Source of the DNA: Chara braunii
Lineage: Eukaryota; Plantae; Charophyceae
DNA length: 64,000 bases
Assembly (NCBI GenBank): GCA_003427395.1
Contig: BFEA01000041.1
Span: 376,143-440,142 of the forward strand
Direction of reading: 5' to 3'
Position numbers and translations under genes: made by a program. The notes beneath the pieces are model-generated. The model was not told the DNA's origin. It saw nothing but the letters and a program-made list of their open reading frames with translations, and did not search any database. This document shows, in pieces, positions 26,824 to 40,047 of the stretch (positions are counted from its first letter, which is position 1; each line of letters begins with the position of its first letter).

Positions 26824-29800
26824 CTGTGTGTGTGTGTGTGTGTGCGTGTGTTCGTGCGTGCGTGTGTTATAGATTTTCCCCACAACAGCCCCAATTCCAC
26901 CCAGATGAATAGATTCAGAATCAAAGCAGTACGTCCTATTGCAGACAACAAGAGCATTTGAGATGTCCAACATATTAAAGCACTTTTATAATTGGACAGT
27001 TTCTTGGTTGTCCTTGGGGTACCCCTTTCATTGTTCTTGCAGCTCCCCTCTTACTGCGCCTCTTACGCACAAGGCTGCCCACGTCGATTGTGGTTGAGCG
27101 GCAGCTGCCCACGTCCCTGTGTGCCTTCACGGCCCACTTGCACGTTATTTCAGGGGGCAGAGTAAAAGGGAAGGTATGCTCCTGTGCATTTCTCTTTAGA
27201 GCTTCATACTCCTGTTCATTTCACTTCAGATCTTCAGCTTATACAGTCTTTGTCTCCATCCTTCATCTTCATACTTCCGTCCATTTCATTTCTGATCTTC
27301 ATATTGTCTGTTCTCTTAATGATGCTCATTCGTACATATTTGTTAGTAGCACAAGGGAATTGGAGGGGAGGCTGGAGGGTAAGGGATAGAAGGCGGAGTT
27401 CTGAAGGAGTGTAGGGGAGCTAGAGGCAACGGGAAGGAAAGAAATATGTGAAGGGCAGGATAGAGTATGACATGCAAAGAGCAGGGGAGAGGCGTATGAC
27501 GAGCTTCGCAGAATTCCCAATATTCACCGCTGAAACAAACTACTCTAGCAAAAAAAACATATGGCAAGTGGTCATCCCTACAGACTGGACAGGACCGATT
27601 CGGGTGTGGGCTATGGAAGCACAGCATCCAATTTTCGCAGTCACAATTGCTGCATCGAATGGCACAGCTCAGACAGATGTCACGGGCTACGTGGCGCGTA
27701 CATGCTAGGAACACAGAGGCGCATCGGCCACAATTATAGAGGCATTGCCGTTCCAGCCTGTCTACAAATTGGACATGACATGTCGGGGTGCCATACATGA
27801 GCACAGTACTGACTGTCATCGTACGTATGGAAGCAAAAACTCCCACGGACTATCACTTCATAATCCTCACGGCACAAGGCATGTGAACCACATGCTAGTT
27901 GAATCTCCGGCGGGTCATCACAAAGCGGCATGGAGCATCTTTCTTGGGCTTCCTCAATATTTATTCCTTCTGTGGGCCGGCGACAACAGGGAGGATCGGT
28001 CCAACGCAAGGGCGTTCAGCTGCTGCAGGATTTGGAGGTAAACTACATCGCTCTGCCGGTGGTTCATACAGAAGTCTATTTTCCTCCTCGGACTGCTGTG
28101 TCCATCGTTCGTCTGGCAAGAAAGAGCGAGATCCGTCAGCGGTTACCGTAGGTTTACGACCAACACCACATGTGGGACATGCTAGGAGAGGATGTGGAAG
28201 GTGATGGCACCGGGGATAGTCCACGCAGTAAAAGACATACTTTCGATGACAGCTTCCTAAGCATTGATGACACATGGCATGTCGCTGACATGACATTAGT
28301 ATGGAAGGCTGACGTGCAGTTATTTAAGCACGGCAGATCAAGGCCACAACGGCATGCTGGGCAAGTACGTGTGTGTGTGTGTGACATACACTGAACAGAC
28401 CTTTTCTCTGCTGTCCATGACAAAGACGTTTACCACAAACATTTTTGAAACCCTAATGTGTGTTAGTTGAAAAAGAGCGGAAAAGGCTCGCACGCTGCAA
28501 ATGAACCCACAAACTCCATGATCCACCTTTTTCATGCACACAAACAGAATGAAGTTCCTTGCATCGCAATGAAACGCAATCCATTGCACCAAATACAACG
28601 TATTGGCTGCTGGGAGTAGGGATAAACAAACACTGAAGAATCGGGGTCATCTCCAGGGAGCGGAGGTAGAGATGGGCGAGGGGCGGGGAAGGGCAGGGCA
28701 AGGGATGGGGCAGGGCGGGGCAAGCGGCGGAGAAGAGGAGGGCAGGGAAAAGGGGGAACAACAAACAGACAAGGACACACACCGAAACTAGGTAGTTACC
28801 TCACGAATTGCACACTGATCATCCTCCTCATCTTTGCTCTTCTTTCCCTTTGGAAAACCCCAGCTGGCTCCTGGTTTGTAGCCTTTTACCAAAAGACACT
28901 GCCATGGAAAAAAAAATTCCCCGAGAATATCAGGAGAGCGGACGCTGTAGTTCATTCAAAATCCTGCAGGAACCAAAATCCTGTCATATTCACCATAAGC
29001 CTCGGAATCCCTCACCGCCAGATAAATAGGATCCGATTATAAAAATAGGATATAATTACAATAAGATATCAAGTTGTGGCAACCAAAATCGCCCTCTCTC
29101 CGCTCAACTCCGACACATGCCTGCAGGAATTTATTCCACCCACCTGATATAGTACCTGATAGCCCTCCACAATAATAGAAAGGAAACCAAGCCAAGACAC
29201 CGAACGACCAAAATCACAAGGATTGGGTAATGAAGAACAATATAATCACCTTGTCCAACGCTTGGTTGAGAATAATTGCACCACTCACTGGCACACGAAT
29301 CTTGTACGTCGTGAAGTCGTTGTATATGTCGTCAATGTGGGAGAGGTACTTCCTCAGCGACGTACAGTACTGAAAAACTGTTCATGGTCAAGGAAGAACA
29401 ACACACACCTAACCCACACTCCACATCCGCAAAACATTCCCTTTCAACATGGCTGTCATCCCGCCCAGAAAACAAATAAACCCGGACTTGCAAGCACGAA
29501 CTTTCATAAAAAAAGCAGAGAGCTTGCATGCATCACCTTTCTTTTCATTTAAAGCAAATTCGAACATGGGCAAACATAGATAAATCCATTGCGTCTTGCA
29601 CTATTTCGTTAAAGATGCCGTCCCAGCAACCTAAGAGGCCAGACAACAAACTTGGGCAAAGAGCCAAAATATAGGAATCTGCCTCGTCTGCCTATCCCCT
29701 CTGGCTGAATGCAAAAACCATGGCGACCGCGGGGACCCGGACCCAGACACGTCTGGACTGGTCCAGACGTCCGGTAATCGGGACAGACACCGGACAACCA

Positions 29801-30189
29801 GAACCTGACCCGGACACGTACACCGGACACACACAAAAAAAAAAAAAGTCCGGACCGGGAGGGGGAAAAAACAAAACCCATTAGTGCTAAACAGTAGTAA
29901 ACACAAATGAAGTCAGTTCAATGAACACAATCAATGGCAGTTGCGAGTAGCGAACGAAACTTAGTACTTATCGTCTTTCACAGACATTCACAAAGGCTCA
30001 CAAAACACAAGAAAGTTGAAACCAGTTCTCGACAGACCAATCTCAAGACGCTTCACAAACGAGTACGAGAATCAGAAAGAAACAGAACTTTGAATTTTGA
30101 AGTTAAGACTTCCTAATTCATATTCATAGGAAAATTGAAATTTAAACTGTTAAGTTATTCAGATCTGTGTAAGAACAGATCTGACCAAA

Positions 30190-30222
<33 letters not shown>

Positions 30223-32602
30223 AGCTTGATGTTCTTTGGCGCTTTGCAGCCAGCGCTTCATCTTCGGAGTCGGACTCATCCTCTTCCGATGAACTACCAC
30301 CGTAGTACAACAGCAGAGGGAGCTGTTCAAGGCATCTCGCGGAGTCCGGTAGGCCCTGAAACGGCCAAAAAACACCAGGGGCATTTTTGGGGGGCGGCCT
30401 AGGACCCGAAAAATGTCCTAGGCTAGCCCCCAAAAAAATTATCCAGACCACAGGACCGAACACCGGACCCAAACCCAGACAACCGCACCTTCCGGATTCC
30501 GATCCGGATGTCCAGCCGGTCGCGATGGTAAAAACATAAAATAACCTAGCCTACCAGAGTGACCCACGACCATTTGCCCGGCTGGGCCAAAATGTAAGGA
30601 GAAAAAATAATAACAAATCTTTTTTTTTTCTTTCATTTGATAAAGAGTTTCTATGCGACTCTCAGGCAAAAGTCGTTAGTTTATTTTTCTACACAAAATA
30701 GATTTTTTCATATTTTTTTCAGATTGTTTTTCTTTTTTTTTTCCTGGGACCTTCCCTAGCGCTTGCACAGCTGGGCCACCCAGGCAACCACAGTGACCTG
30801 GACAGCCCAGCTGGTAGCCCAGCACATAACTGCTAATAAACAGGTCATGAGATCCGTAAACAGGTCACGAGTTTCGTTGTTCACAAACAAGTCGATCAAT
30901 TCTGTAGGGAAAAAGGGAGGTCATCAGCCAAAGAGCTCCGATCAGTTGGAGCCAATGGCCGCAGAGGTCTCCGTGGTACACACACACACAACCATTGACT
31001 AAGAGCTCCGCTCGGTTGGAGCCAATTTCACCGATGACAAACAGGTCATTGGAAAAAAGAGCTCTGCTCGGTCGGAGCGAATATCAACTGACCCCGCCAG
31101 ACTGGAACCCACCATTGCTTTTCCGCTGGTTTTACAGGTAATGCCACCACCGCACACTACACAGCGAACGAGGAGAACATCAAGGGAAGCTTCACACAAG
31201 GCTGCAATATATACCCGTTGCTATGGCTGTGCACCTGCTGCCATTTCTTCCCGTTTTGTAGTGCTTTCCCCACATGGGCTCGAAAAGAGCGTTCAGCAAC
31301 TTTTAAACTACCCAATTAAAAAGGGACCGAAATCGCGAAATGTTTCTCCAACGTGCGCCAACACTATCCCATTTTAGTGCACGCACCTATGGGCTAGATC
31401 ACACCGATTTTTCTGAACGGGATGTGCCAGTGCGCATGAGCAGTGTCGCCTTTGGTTCAAGCATTTAACCAAAATTATCCCCCTTTCACAAGGATGAAAC
31501 CGGCAATTACCCCCAGCCCCACTGGGCTACATCTACATGGGCTTCCCTACGACACGGCATACAGCTTGGATAACCGACAACCATGAAGGTGACAGGGCAC
31601 AGGTTATAATAATAAAGCAACAAAATAATAATAACTTTAATATAAATAAATAAAAAATAGTGCTGCTAATGAGCAATCCCTAACAACCATATGCCACAAA
31701 CAGACATGTCTTACATGAGCTTTGTGGGGACATACAATGGTCAGGTAACCTAGACAGTGGGCTTGCCCTTTATCGACTCTCATACTCGTAAACTGTCAGG
31801 GTGACCAGGTACAGGATATAATAATTAATAAATTAATAATTAATAATACAATAACACAATACATTATTCTATTATAATATTATCTTGTAGTAATACAATA
31901 ACATTAAAAACAATAGTGCTCATTAGCAATCCTTTCAGAAAGACGACGTAAAAAGAGCACTCGATGGGTTCAGGATTCCTTCTATAGTTCCGACTGGACT
32001 GAAGGAATACAAAGATCGGTGAAGGCCTTTTTCAGGAAAGATGGCGCAGTAAGGTTTCTTTTCTAGAGTGAAGTTTTCATACTAACAGTCTAATGATATT
32101 TCGTCAAACAGAGCTGCCCAGTAAGAGAGGGAGAAGAGGACAACGAACGAGGGACCGTGACAGACTGTTTTGTCGGAGTTTCACCGACTCATCAGGAGGC
32201 TGATATATATACGTGTATAATAGTGCTGCTAATTAGCAATCCCTTAGATGCCACAGACATAGAACATTGGATGGGTTCAAGATTCCTTCTCTAACTAACT
32301 GAGTTCATACTGCTCTGAAAGGATACCAAGAGCGGTGAATTCTCTTAACGAAAGATGGCGCAGGCAAGGTTTCTCTTCTCGAGTGAAGTCCTCATAAAAC
32401 CAGTGTGCTTGCTCCACAAGAAATAGTATTCTCTCAAAAGATTGCAGGTCCTCTTCTGGAGCATTCAAGATGAACCGGCTGCGCACACGAAAAGGCAATG
32501 CCAGCAGCAAACCAACATCACAGGGGACACAACAGATAACGCAATATCAGAAGATGCCCTCAGACCATGCTAGAAGAGACCCCTATTGCTTTTTTATATT
32601 CC

Positions 32603-32637
<35 letters not shown>

Positions 32638-35600
32638 GAAGCCAACAGTGCCCCCCCCCAATGCATACCGGTGTACAAATATAGCCCTGCCAGAATAGCC
32701 CTGAGCACCTACCCATCCACGCATAAAACACACAGGGCACTCTGACCATCTAGGCCCATTCCGCAAGAGGCTACTTGGGACCTTTTCCGTAGCCCAAAGG
32801 GTTGTTCAATCATTTTCCTTCACAAAGGTTTCCCGTCCCGTGAACAACAGAAACGTCAACAGAAACGCTTCGGCCCACATTGCACCCAGAGGAAAAAGGA
32901 GGTCCGCGGACACCAATTTTTCCCCTAGTCAAAAGCATTGTGTATCAATGCCCCACTTATCAAACCAAGCCGTGTCCCACACAGACAGTAAGCAACGAGC
33001 CCCCAAAAGGCGGATCGATCAGGCAGCGAAGAGAACCCACACAGCAAAAAAGAGAGCAGAAACACACTGAAGACCACACCATCATTCTTATCCCCCCTTA
33101 AACCACCAGTACACCCAACGCTAAATCTACACGCCTTAATCTACAGCACTTCCGAGCCTGAAGGCAACTGGTACCGCTTGGAAAATCGGGGGTGGTATCG
33201 GTACCGGCCTCGTTGAAACAAAAGAAAAGCTACGCAGTGCAATGGACAGAGGCTGAAAGTAACGGCCCTGCCAACAAGGCACAGCGGATTCCTAGGTAGG
33301 GAAAAAGAGCAACAAAAAAGGGAAAGAAAAAGAAAACATCACGCTGGGACTGTTCCTGCTGGCGTTGGACATGACTGCAGCCAGATACATTGAGCGAAGT
33401 GCCTGTGTGAGTATCCCCTTGGAGGCGGTGGTGGTAATTTTGTTCTTTTTTTAATTTCCCCCCCCCCAGTTTTGTAACGGCCTTGATGATGGCATGGGGG
33501 CTGCTTGCCCCAGCTTACCCCAGCAACTACCCCTCATCTCTATCTGGCCGTATTCCAGGCCCACATGGAGACATCTTGTCAGCCCATGCTGCCCACAACA
33601 ACGGGCAATCCCTTCGAAAACTGCACCCGTACCTATCCTGAAAACGAGTGCAGATACAATCGAAAAAACAAAAGAAAGGAAAGGCTGGCACCCGTGGAAA
33701 CATACGCCTGCCGCGTTTCTGCTTGAGCTTCTAGAGAGTCTCCTCATGTCCCCTGGTTACCTACCATCTGGCCATCGAATGTTTCTGCCCTGTTTTCTTT
33801 TTTTGTCTGCGTTGGACTTATGCCTGTCTTATCCAACTTGTGGGCCCACTTGCAGCCCTTGTGGGCCCACGAAAATTCACTCTGCCTCGTATGGCTGACT
33901 CTCCCCTGAGCCCAGTTGAATCTCGTATAGGCGACGAGTTCGTTTTTCAGCAAGGCTGGCACCGTGTACTAGTGGTTTAATCATCTCCGGCAGTTGAGCA
34001 CAGGTGACGGATCCTCATTGTGTATCACGCCCCACTTATAGAAACAAGTCGTATCCCAGACAGACAGTCTGGCAACGAGCCCCAAAAAGGCGGAACGGTC
34101 AGGAGGGGGACCCACACAGCGAAATCGGGAACAGAAACACACTCGAAACCGCGCCATCATTCTTTATCCCCCTTATCTCCAGCAATTGAGCACAGATAAC
34201 GGTTCTGTTGATCCGTGTCCACCTTCCGCAACCAATCATCTTCTACATCAACATATTTGTACACATCTAGTGCCACCAGACAAGTTCACTTTCACCTTGC
34301 ACAACCAGTTGCATAGTGAACGACCTAAAGACTGTGTTGGGCTTTGGCCACAGGACGGCATCACCCAATCAGTCTGGGTTTTGGCGACCATTCCGATTGA
34401 TAAACCACTACCACCCTCGCCTCCAGTTTCACGACCGGTCTGTTTCTGAACAACGTCTTGATCGCACTGTTTCTCAAGGCCTTGACCACAGAGAGCAGAC
34501 TGTTTCTGAACGTGACCGGTTTCGGCCACCGGCCGGCTTCACCAAGTTACACCATCCACCCACCGCTACATAAGTGTCCCCTCTCGCAGTTCATCTTGTG
34601 CACCACAGACCGGACTGATTCTGAACGTCAGATTGTGTTGGGCTTTGGCCCCAGGCCGGCATCATCAACCACTGACCGCTACGCAAGCGCCGCCTCTCCC
34701 AGTTCATCATGTTGGGCTTTAGCCACAGGCCGGCATCATCAACCACTGACCGCTTTATGTTAGCATCTCCTCTCCAAGTTCATCGTCTGTGGGCAACCCA
34801 GACCGGACTGTTTCTGAATGCCAGAGCCCTACCTAGGAGGCACCAATATCACATGGCCCTGTCCATTTCCGAACGTGTGGAGTGCTGGCCTTCGTCAACC
34901 GCCACGTGCTGTGTAAGCATCACCTCTCCCAGTTCATCTTGTGCGCTCGGCTTTGCACAGTTCAATTTCATCTGGATGTCAGAGAGGAGGCACCAATCTC
35001 ACACAGCCGGCGCATTAAGGTGGAGTCCACCCTCTCTGCTCCACTTTCATGCCTGTCCAATAATAGAGCTTCAGAATTACACGGAATAAGAACACTAGAT
35101 TACCAGGACAAACTTATGGCTTTACCTTACTTACGGCCAGATGACTTCTCTCCTCAATGTCCCATCCTTATGCTCAGCACAGGTTTTCTCTCCTGAATCA
35201 GCACCAGGACCTCCTACCAAGAGGTTCACCCATCCCACTACCGTTCCAACCCAAAAGCGCTCGGCTTTGCAGGGTTCGTTCGATTTCATCTTCATGCGTC
35301 CGTTTCCTCTTCCTTCACTTTCGGTTTCACTTCTGCCAGTCCCTTGTTCTATGCAGCGGCCACCTTGAGTACCTGGCCTTTCTGCACCCGAAACGGCAGA
35401 GAGTAGAGCCCCTTTTTAACTTCACATGAACAAACTTCAACATGTCCATGTGCTTGCATCAGACTCCGCGACTGACATTCTACTGTTTAAACTTTAAACC
35501 ACCACTACCTTCCCAAGCTGTAGTCCCATTTGGGAAAATGACGTCATCCAAAAGAGTTCCGACGTAGGGTCGGTAGCAAAAAAAAAAAAAAAAGGGGACC

Positions 35601-38600
35601 CCGCAGTCCTGCCGTGAGATCAAAAAAAAAAAAAGAAAAAAAAGAGCTTCGAAATCAGGTGGAGGTCACACCAGTGCTCTAAGGAATGTATCTGGCAGCA
35701 TATGGGGAGCATGATTGCTTATGTTATAGTGTTTTTTTTCCCTACTTCCGGTTTCTCGTTGGTGCCCTGCCTCGAGATTCCACTGGTGGCACACTCACGT
35801 CATACTCGCACTTGCACTGTAGCATCCTCTGTTGGACCTGGATAGCCGGCAGCAAAAAAAAAAAAAAAAGGGGACACCGCGGTCCTGCCGTGAGATCAAA
35901 AAAAAAAAAAAAAAAAAGAACTTCGAAATCAGGTGGGGGTCACACCAGTGCTCTAAGGAATGTATCTGGCCAGCATATGGGGAACATGATTGCTTATGTT
36001 AGTGTTTTTTTTCCCTACTTCCGGTTTCTCGTTGGTGCCCTGCCTCGAGATTCCACTGGGGGCACACTCACGTCATACTCGCACTTGCACTGTAGCATCC
36101 TCTATTGGACCGCGATAGCCGGCAGCAAAAGGGAAGCTCACTTTTTTCTTTGTCCTCCACTCGTTTTTCATACGGGAAGGTTTTTTTTTTGGTCCTTCCT
36201 TGAGGACAGTCTCACCAGCACCTCATCGAATATATATTGATGGCTATCACGGCATATATTTTTCATACAAAGATTCTTTTTTTTCTTCTTCTTCTTCTTT
36301 TCTTTTTTTCGTTCTCTTTGGGATGTAACGGCCGGCCGTGAGTACCAATCAGTTTAATATCTGATAAAAATAATAATAATTAAAAAAAATAAGAATGTGA
36401 CCCAGGCGGGGCAAAACTCGGTGCGCAATGAAATTCAGATACAGCAAAAAAAACAGGATTGGAGATAGCGGCGTTTTAACACCTTGGCGAGGTCCCACTA
36501 GTGTGGACGTGTTCGTGTTCGTGGAGAGGATCGGATCTGAAAGCCTGACTGTGGAAGTGTTCGTGGAGAGGTGCAGGATACTGAGATGGAACCGTTTTTC
36601 TGCATCTCTGTACAAGACACATCCACATTCAGGAGAGCATAATCCAATCCTCTTTGCTCGTGGGAACTCGCCCCTTGTGTTCGAACTCTCTTGCGTCTAA
36701 AGCTTTCATAATATAATATCCGATTTCGAAACTGGGAAATTCCGCTAAGGCGCCTCGATCGACACCAGAGAAAGAGGTAGGCTAGCCAAACTATATATAC
36801 GTTGGATAGGAAGAGGACTCTCTAATAAGCCCCACTTAATTGGAGACTTAGGATAACGATTTCTACTCCGTATAATTGATTACCGATTCTCCACCAAAAA
36901 GATTTGAGATCTCCCGACATTGTGTCACCGCAAAAGAAAAAAACAAAAAGAACTCAGACAAAATAAAAACTCAGACCTCAATCTGAGTCAATCACTCTCC
37001 ATTTCGACTCCCGTACACACTGGCGTCTACATCTTGACAGACTAGGGAGGAGAGAGAGAAAGGGAGAGAGAAAGAAAGGGAGAGAGAGAGAGAGCAATTT
37101 CAAATGTGTGCGAGCTGATAGCATATGAACATACGAATAATAGCGATACGAGTTAAGACATACGGCACACGAAATCGATGCAATCTATCTATTGACATAT
37201 TAATAAACTCAATTTCTTAAACTTACGGAATATAAAAAAAAGCATACAAGCACATCGTATGGTCATCCCACCAAGATCCCGAATACACAAGCAATCGCGA
37301 CCAACTTTCCTCTCATCTCATCAGGCGCCTGTCTCTACAGGCCACTGAGCCACAACATATTGCATGCGTAATAACAACCACCCCTTCCCAAAAAAGGATC
37401 CCACCGTCTTCGTCGGATCAGTACGCCCGGCAATTACCGCTGTATCTAGACTGAAAACTGCACCAAATGCAAATGTAACGACCGGGCGTTCTATTCGGAT
37501 GAACACAGTTCGTCATTCCGGCTGTCTTTCATGCATGCTCCAAGCATGAAATAAGAGTAAGGGCATCGCCGCACGGGACGCCAAACGAAAAACGAAACGA
37601 GTGCATCTTCCGGCAGAAAATGGCCAGGTTCATCGGTTTGCTATAGATAGTAACGAGTGTATTTTGCCACCTCTCGTGGGCAGATGCACTCGTCTCGTTT
37701 TCGTTTCGTGTGCCGTGCGGCGAGAGCCTAAGTCGTATCCGTCTCGTTGCGGACATCTGCAACGTCCCACTCGACTACGATTCACGTGTCATTCCAGATT
37801 CTTGTAGGTTCAGTGAGGGCGACCGTGCAAGTCGCCAAAGTGGGCAATTCAGTGAGGGTACTTGCACGGTCGCCCTCACTGAACCTACAAGAATCTGGCC
37901 GTCACACTTGACTACGATTCACAATGAGTGTGACTACATACATTTGTGTGTGTTCACATTGAGGTTAACATGATGCCGAAGCGCTTTCTGTCTAGATACC
38001 TAGTTCCACTACCGTCTTCACCCGACTGGAATGCAGGGTCACCATAGCTGCATTCGGAGCAACTTTCTGTCCAGATACAGAGATCTTGACCGTCCGTTCT
38101 GTTGTTCGGAACCGACGCTAGTTGCAACTTTCTGTCTAGATACAGAGCACTATCGACCAAAAAGAGAATCTCTCGTCGCCAGTCGGGCAGATGGTTCCTC
38201 CACATATTTAGACGCGGCAGAATGTCTCGTCGCCAAGAACCGAAATTCAAACGGTACCGTCTTCCTGCGAATAGAACGCACGGTCATTATAGCTGTACTT
38301 GGAACACTGTCAGTCCAGATACAGATATAGTTACCGTACGTTCTATTCGGGGTACGACGGTACGAGTCCACCTCGTCTCCGGGCGTGACTCTGAAATTCT
38401 CAATTGTGTTCGGGGGGGGGGGGTAAGGTAGTATTCGTGAATCAGTATGCCGCGGCGACCATCTGCTCGGGGCTTCTACGCAACGACCGTCACCCCCCGT
38501 CGGCACATCTTTTGCCCCACACCCCTCTCCATGATAAACCAACAACAAGCGGGGGGGGGGGGGGGGGGGGGGAGGGATAAAGAGAATCCGCTTACGGAGG

Positions 38601-39481
38601 AGGGGGGGCTCATTCGGAAGCCCCTGAACAAAACGGTGGGAGAGAACTTTCGCCAAACGGCGTGAGGGAGGGATGGGAAAGCCAAACGGCGGCAAACAGC
38701 AACCAAACGGCGTGAGGGATGGCAAAGCCAAACGGCGTGAGGGATGGGAAGACGAAGGTGGTGTTGGTGAGATTGCTGACGCGCTTCTACTGACCGTCAA
38801 GCTCGGCGCGCTTCTACTGACCGTCAAGCTCGGCGCGCTTCTGCTGCCCGTCAAGCTCGGCGCGCTTCTACTGACCGTCAAGCTCGGCGCGCTTCTACTG
38901 ACCGTCAAGCTCGGCCAGTTAGTAGAACCATGCACAGTGCTCTCGAAATGTGCAAAACGAGAGTGAATCGTCCGCTAGAATATGGAAAGATGCATCTCGA
39001 AATGTGCAAAACGAGAGTGAATCTTCCGCTAGAATATGGAAAGATGCACCGCCATGATTTTTGTCTTTTGTGCTTGTCGAGAGTAGTGCAGCAAGGCCCT
39101 TAGGAGCACGGCGACTACAGTCTTCCCCAATAGAATTTACGGCCACTATAGCTGTATTTGGGGCAACTTACCGTCTACATACATGTTGTAGCGATAATGA
39201 CCATGCGTTCTCTTCGGGAGAAGACAGCAGTGCAACTCAGCCCTTTTTAAGACAGACACCACGCTATCACTTGAGGGTAGAGCTTATCGGGATACCAACC
39301 AATAGCTAAAGGAAATCAATAGCGATGGCAGCGCGGTTAAAGATACACAGCACTTTCCACAACGCGCGATTATTACGACACCACAGCGATCCTCCTAAGT
39401 ACACAACCCGCTCTCCCAATGAACGTACCCAGCTGGAAAGATAAGGAAGGGTTTCTTTCTAGAGGGAGCTTTTTTTTTTTT

Positions 39482-39526
<45 letters not shown>

Positions 39527-40006
39527 CGGAGGATTGGGCGGCGGGAAAGAGTGGGAGAACAGAATTTAAGAGTGGAGTTCAGAAAAGACAAACAAAAAAA
39601 AAAGACGAGACGGCCGTCTGATACACACGGAAGGAAAAGACAAGACGGCCGTACGAACGCGCGGCAGAGGGTTGCAAATTAACTAATTACCTGATAAATG
39701 CATACATAGATATAGAAATTAAAAATACAAATAAAATATGCATACATATATATCGAAATTAAAAATAGAAATAAAATATGCATACAAACGGAGCATACAA
39801 ACGGAGCATACAAACGGAGCATACAATAAATAGTTACTCGAGTAATAGCAGTACGAAATCTTGTCCTTTTTCAACAGAAGAAAAAGGGCGCCGGTCTTGA
39901 GATATCGTCATGGAACTGACCGGCCAGAGCTAACTCACAAAATTGTACTACTGTATTTGACTCATCATCTGCTTTCAGTAGAGTTGTGGAACTTAGGTCT
40001 GTAAAT

Positions 40007-40047
<41 letters not shown>

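Larger units (their letters stand above)
29378..32326 (-). other. U12-type (minor spliceosome) GT-AG intron, DCP2 intron 2 (2949 bp)
   Basis: 5' splice site GTATCCTTTC; branch sequence TTCCTTGAC at 29395-29387, ending 9 nt before the exon, with no polypyrimidine tract. Confidence 0.92.

Noticed and set aside
36324-37039. Solo LTR (TGTAAC start, TATA-like box, ...GACA ends)
   Set aside because: No matching 4-6 bp TSD was found for any TG...CA pairing and there is no second copy in the window, so it is not called as a feature.
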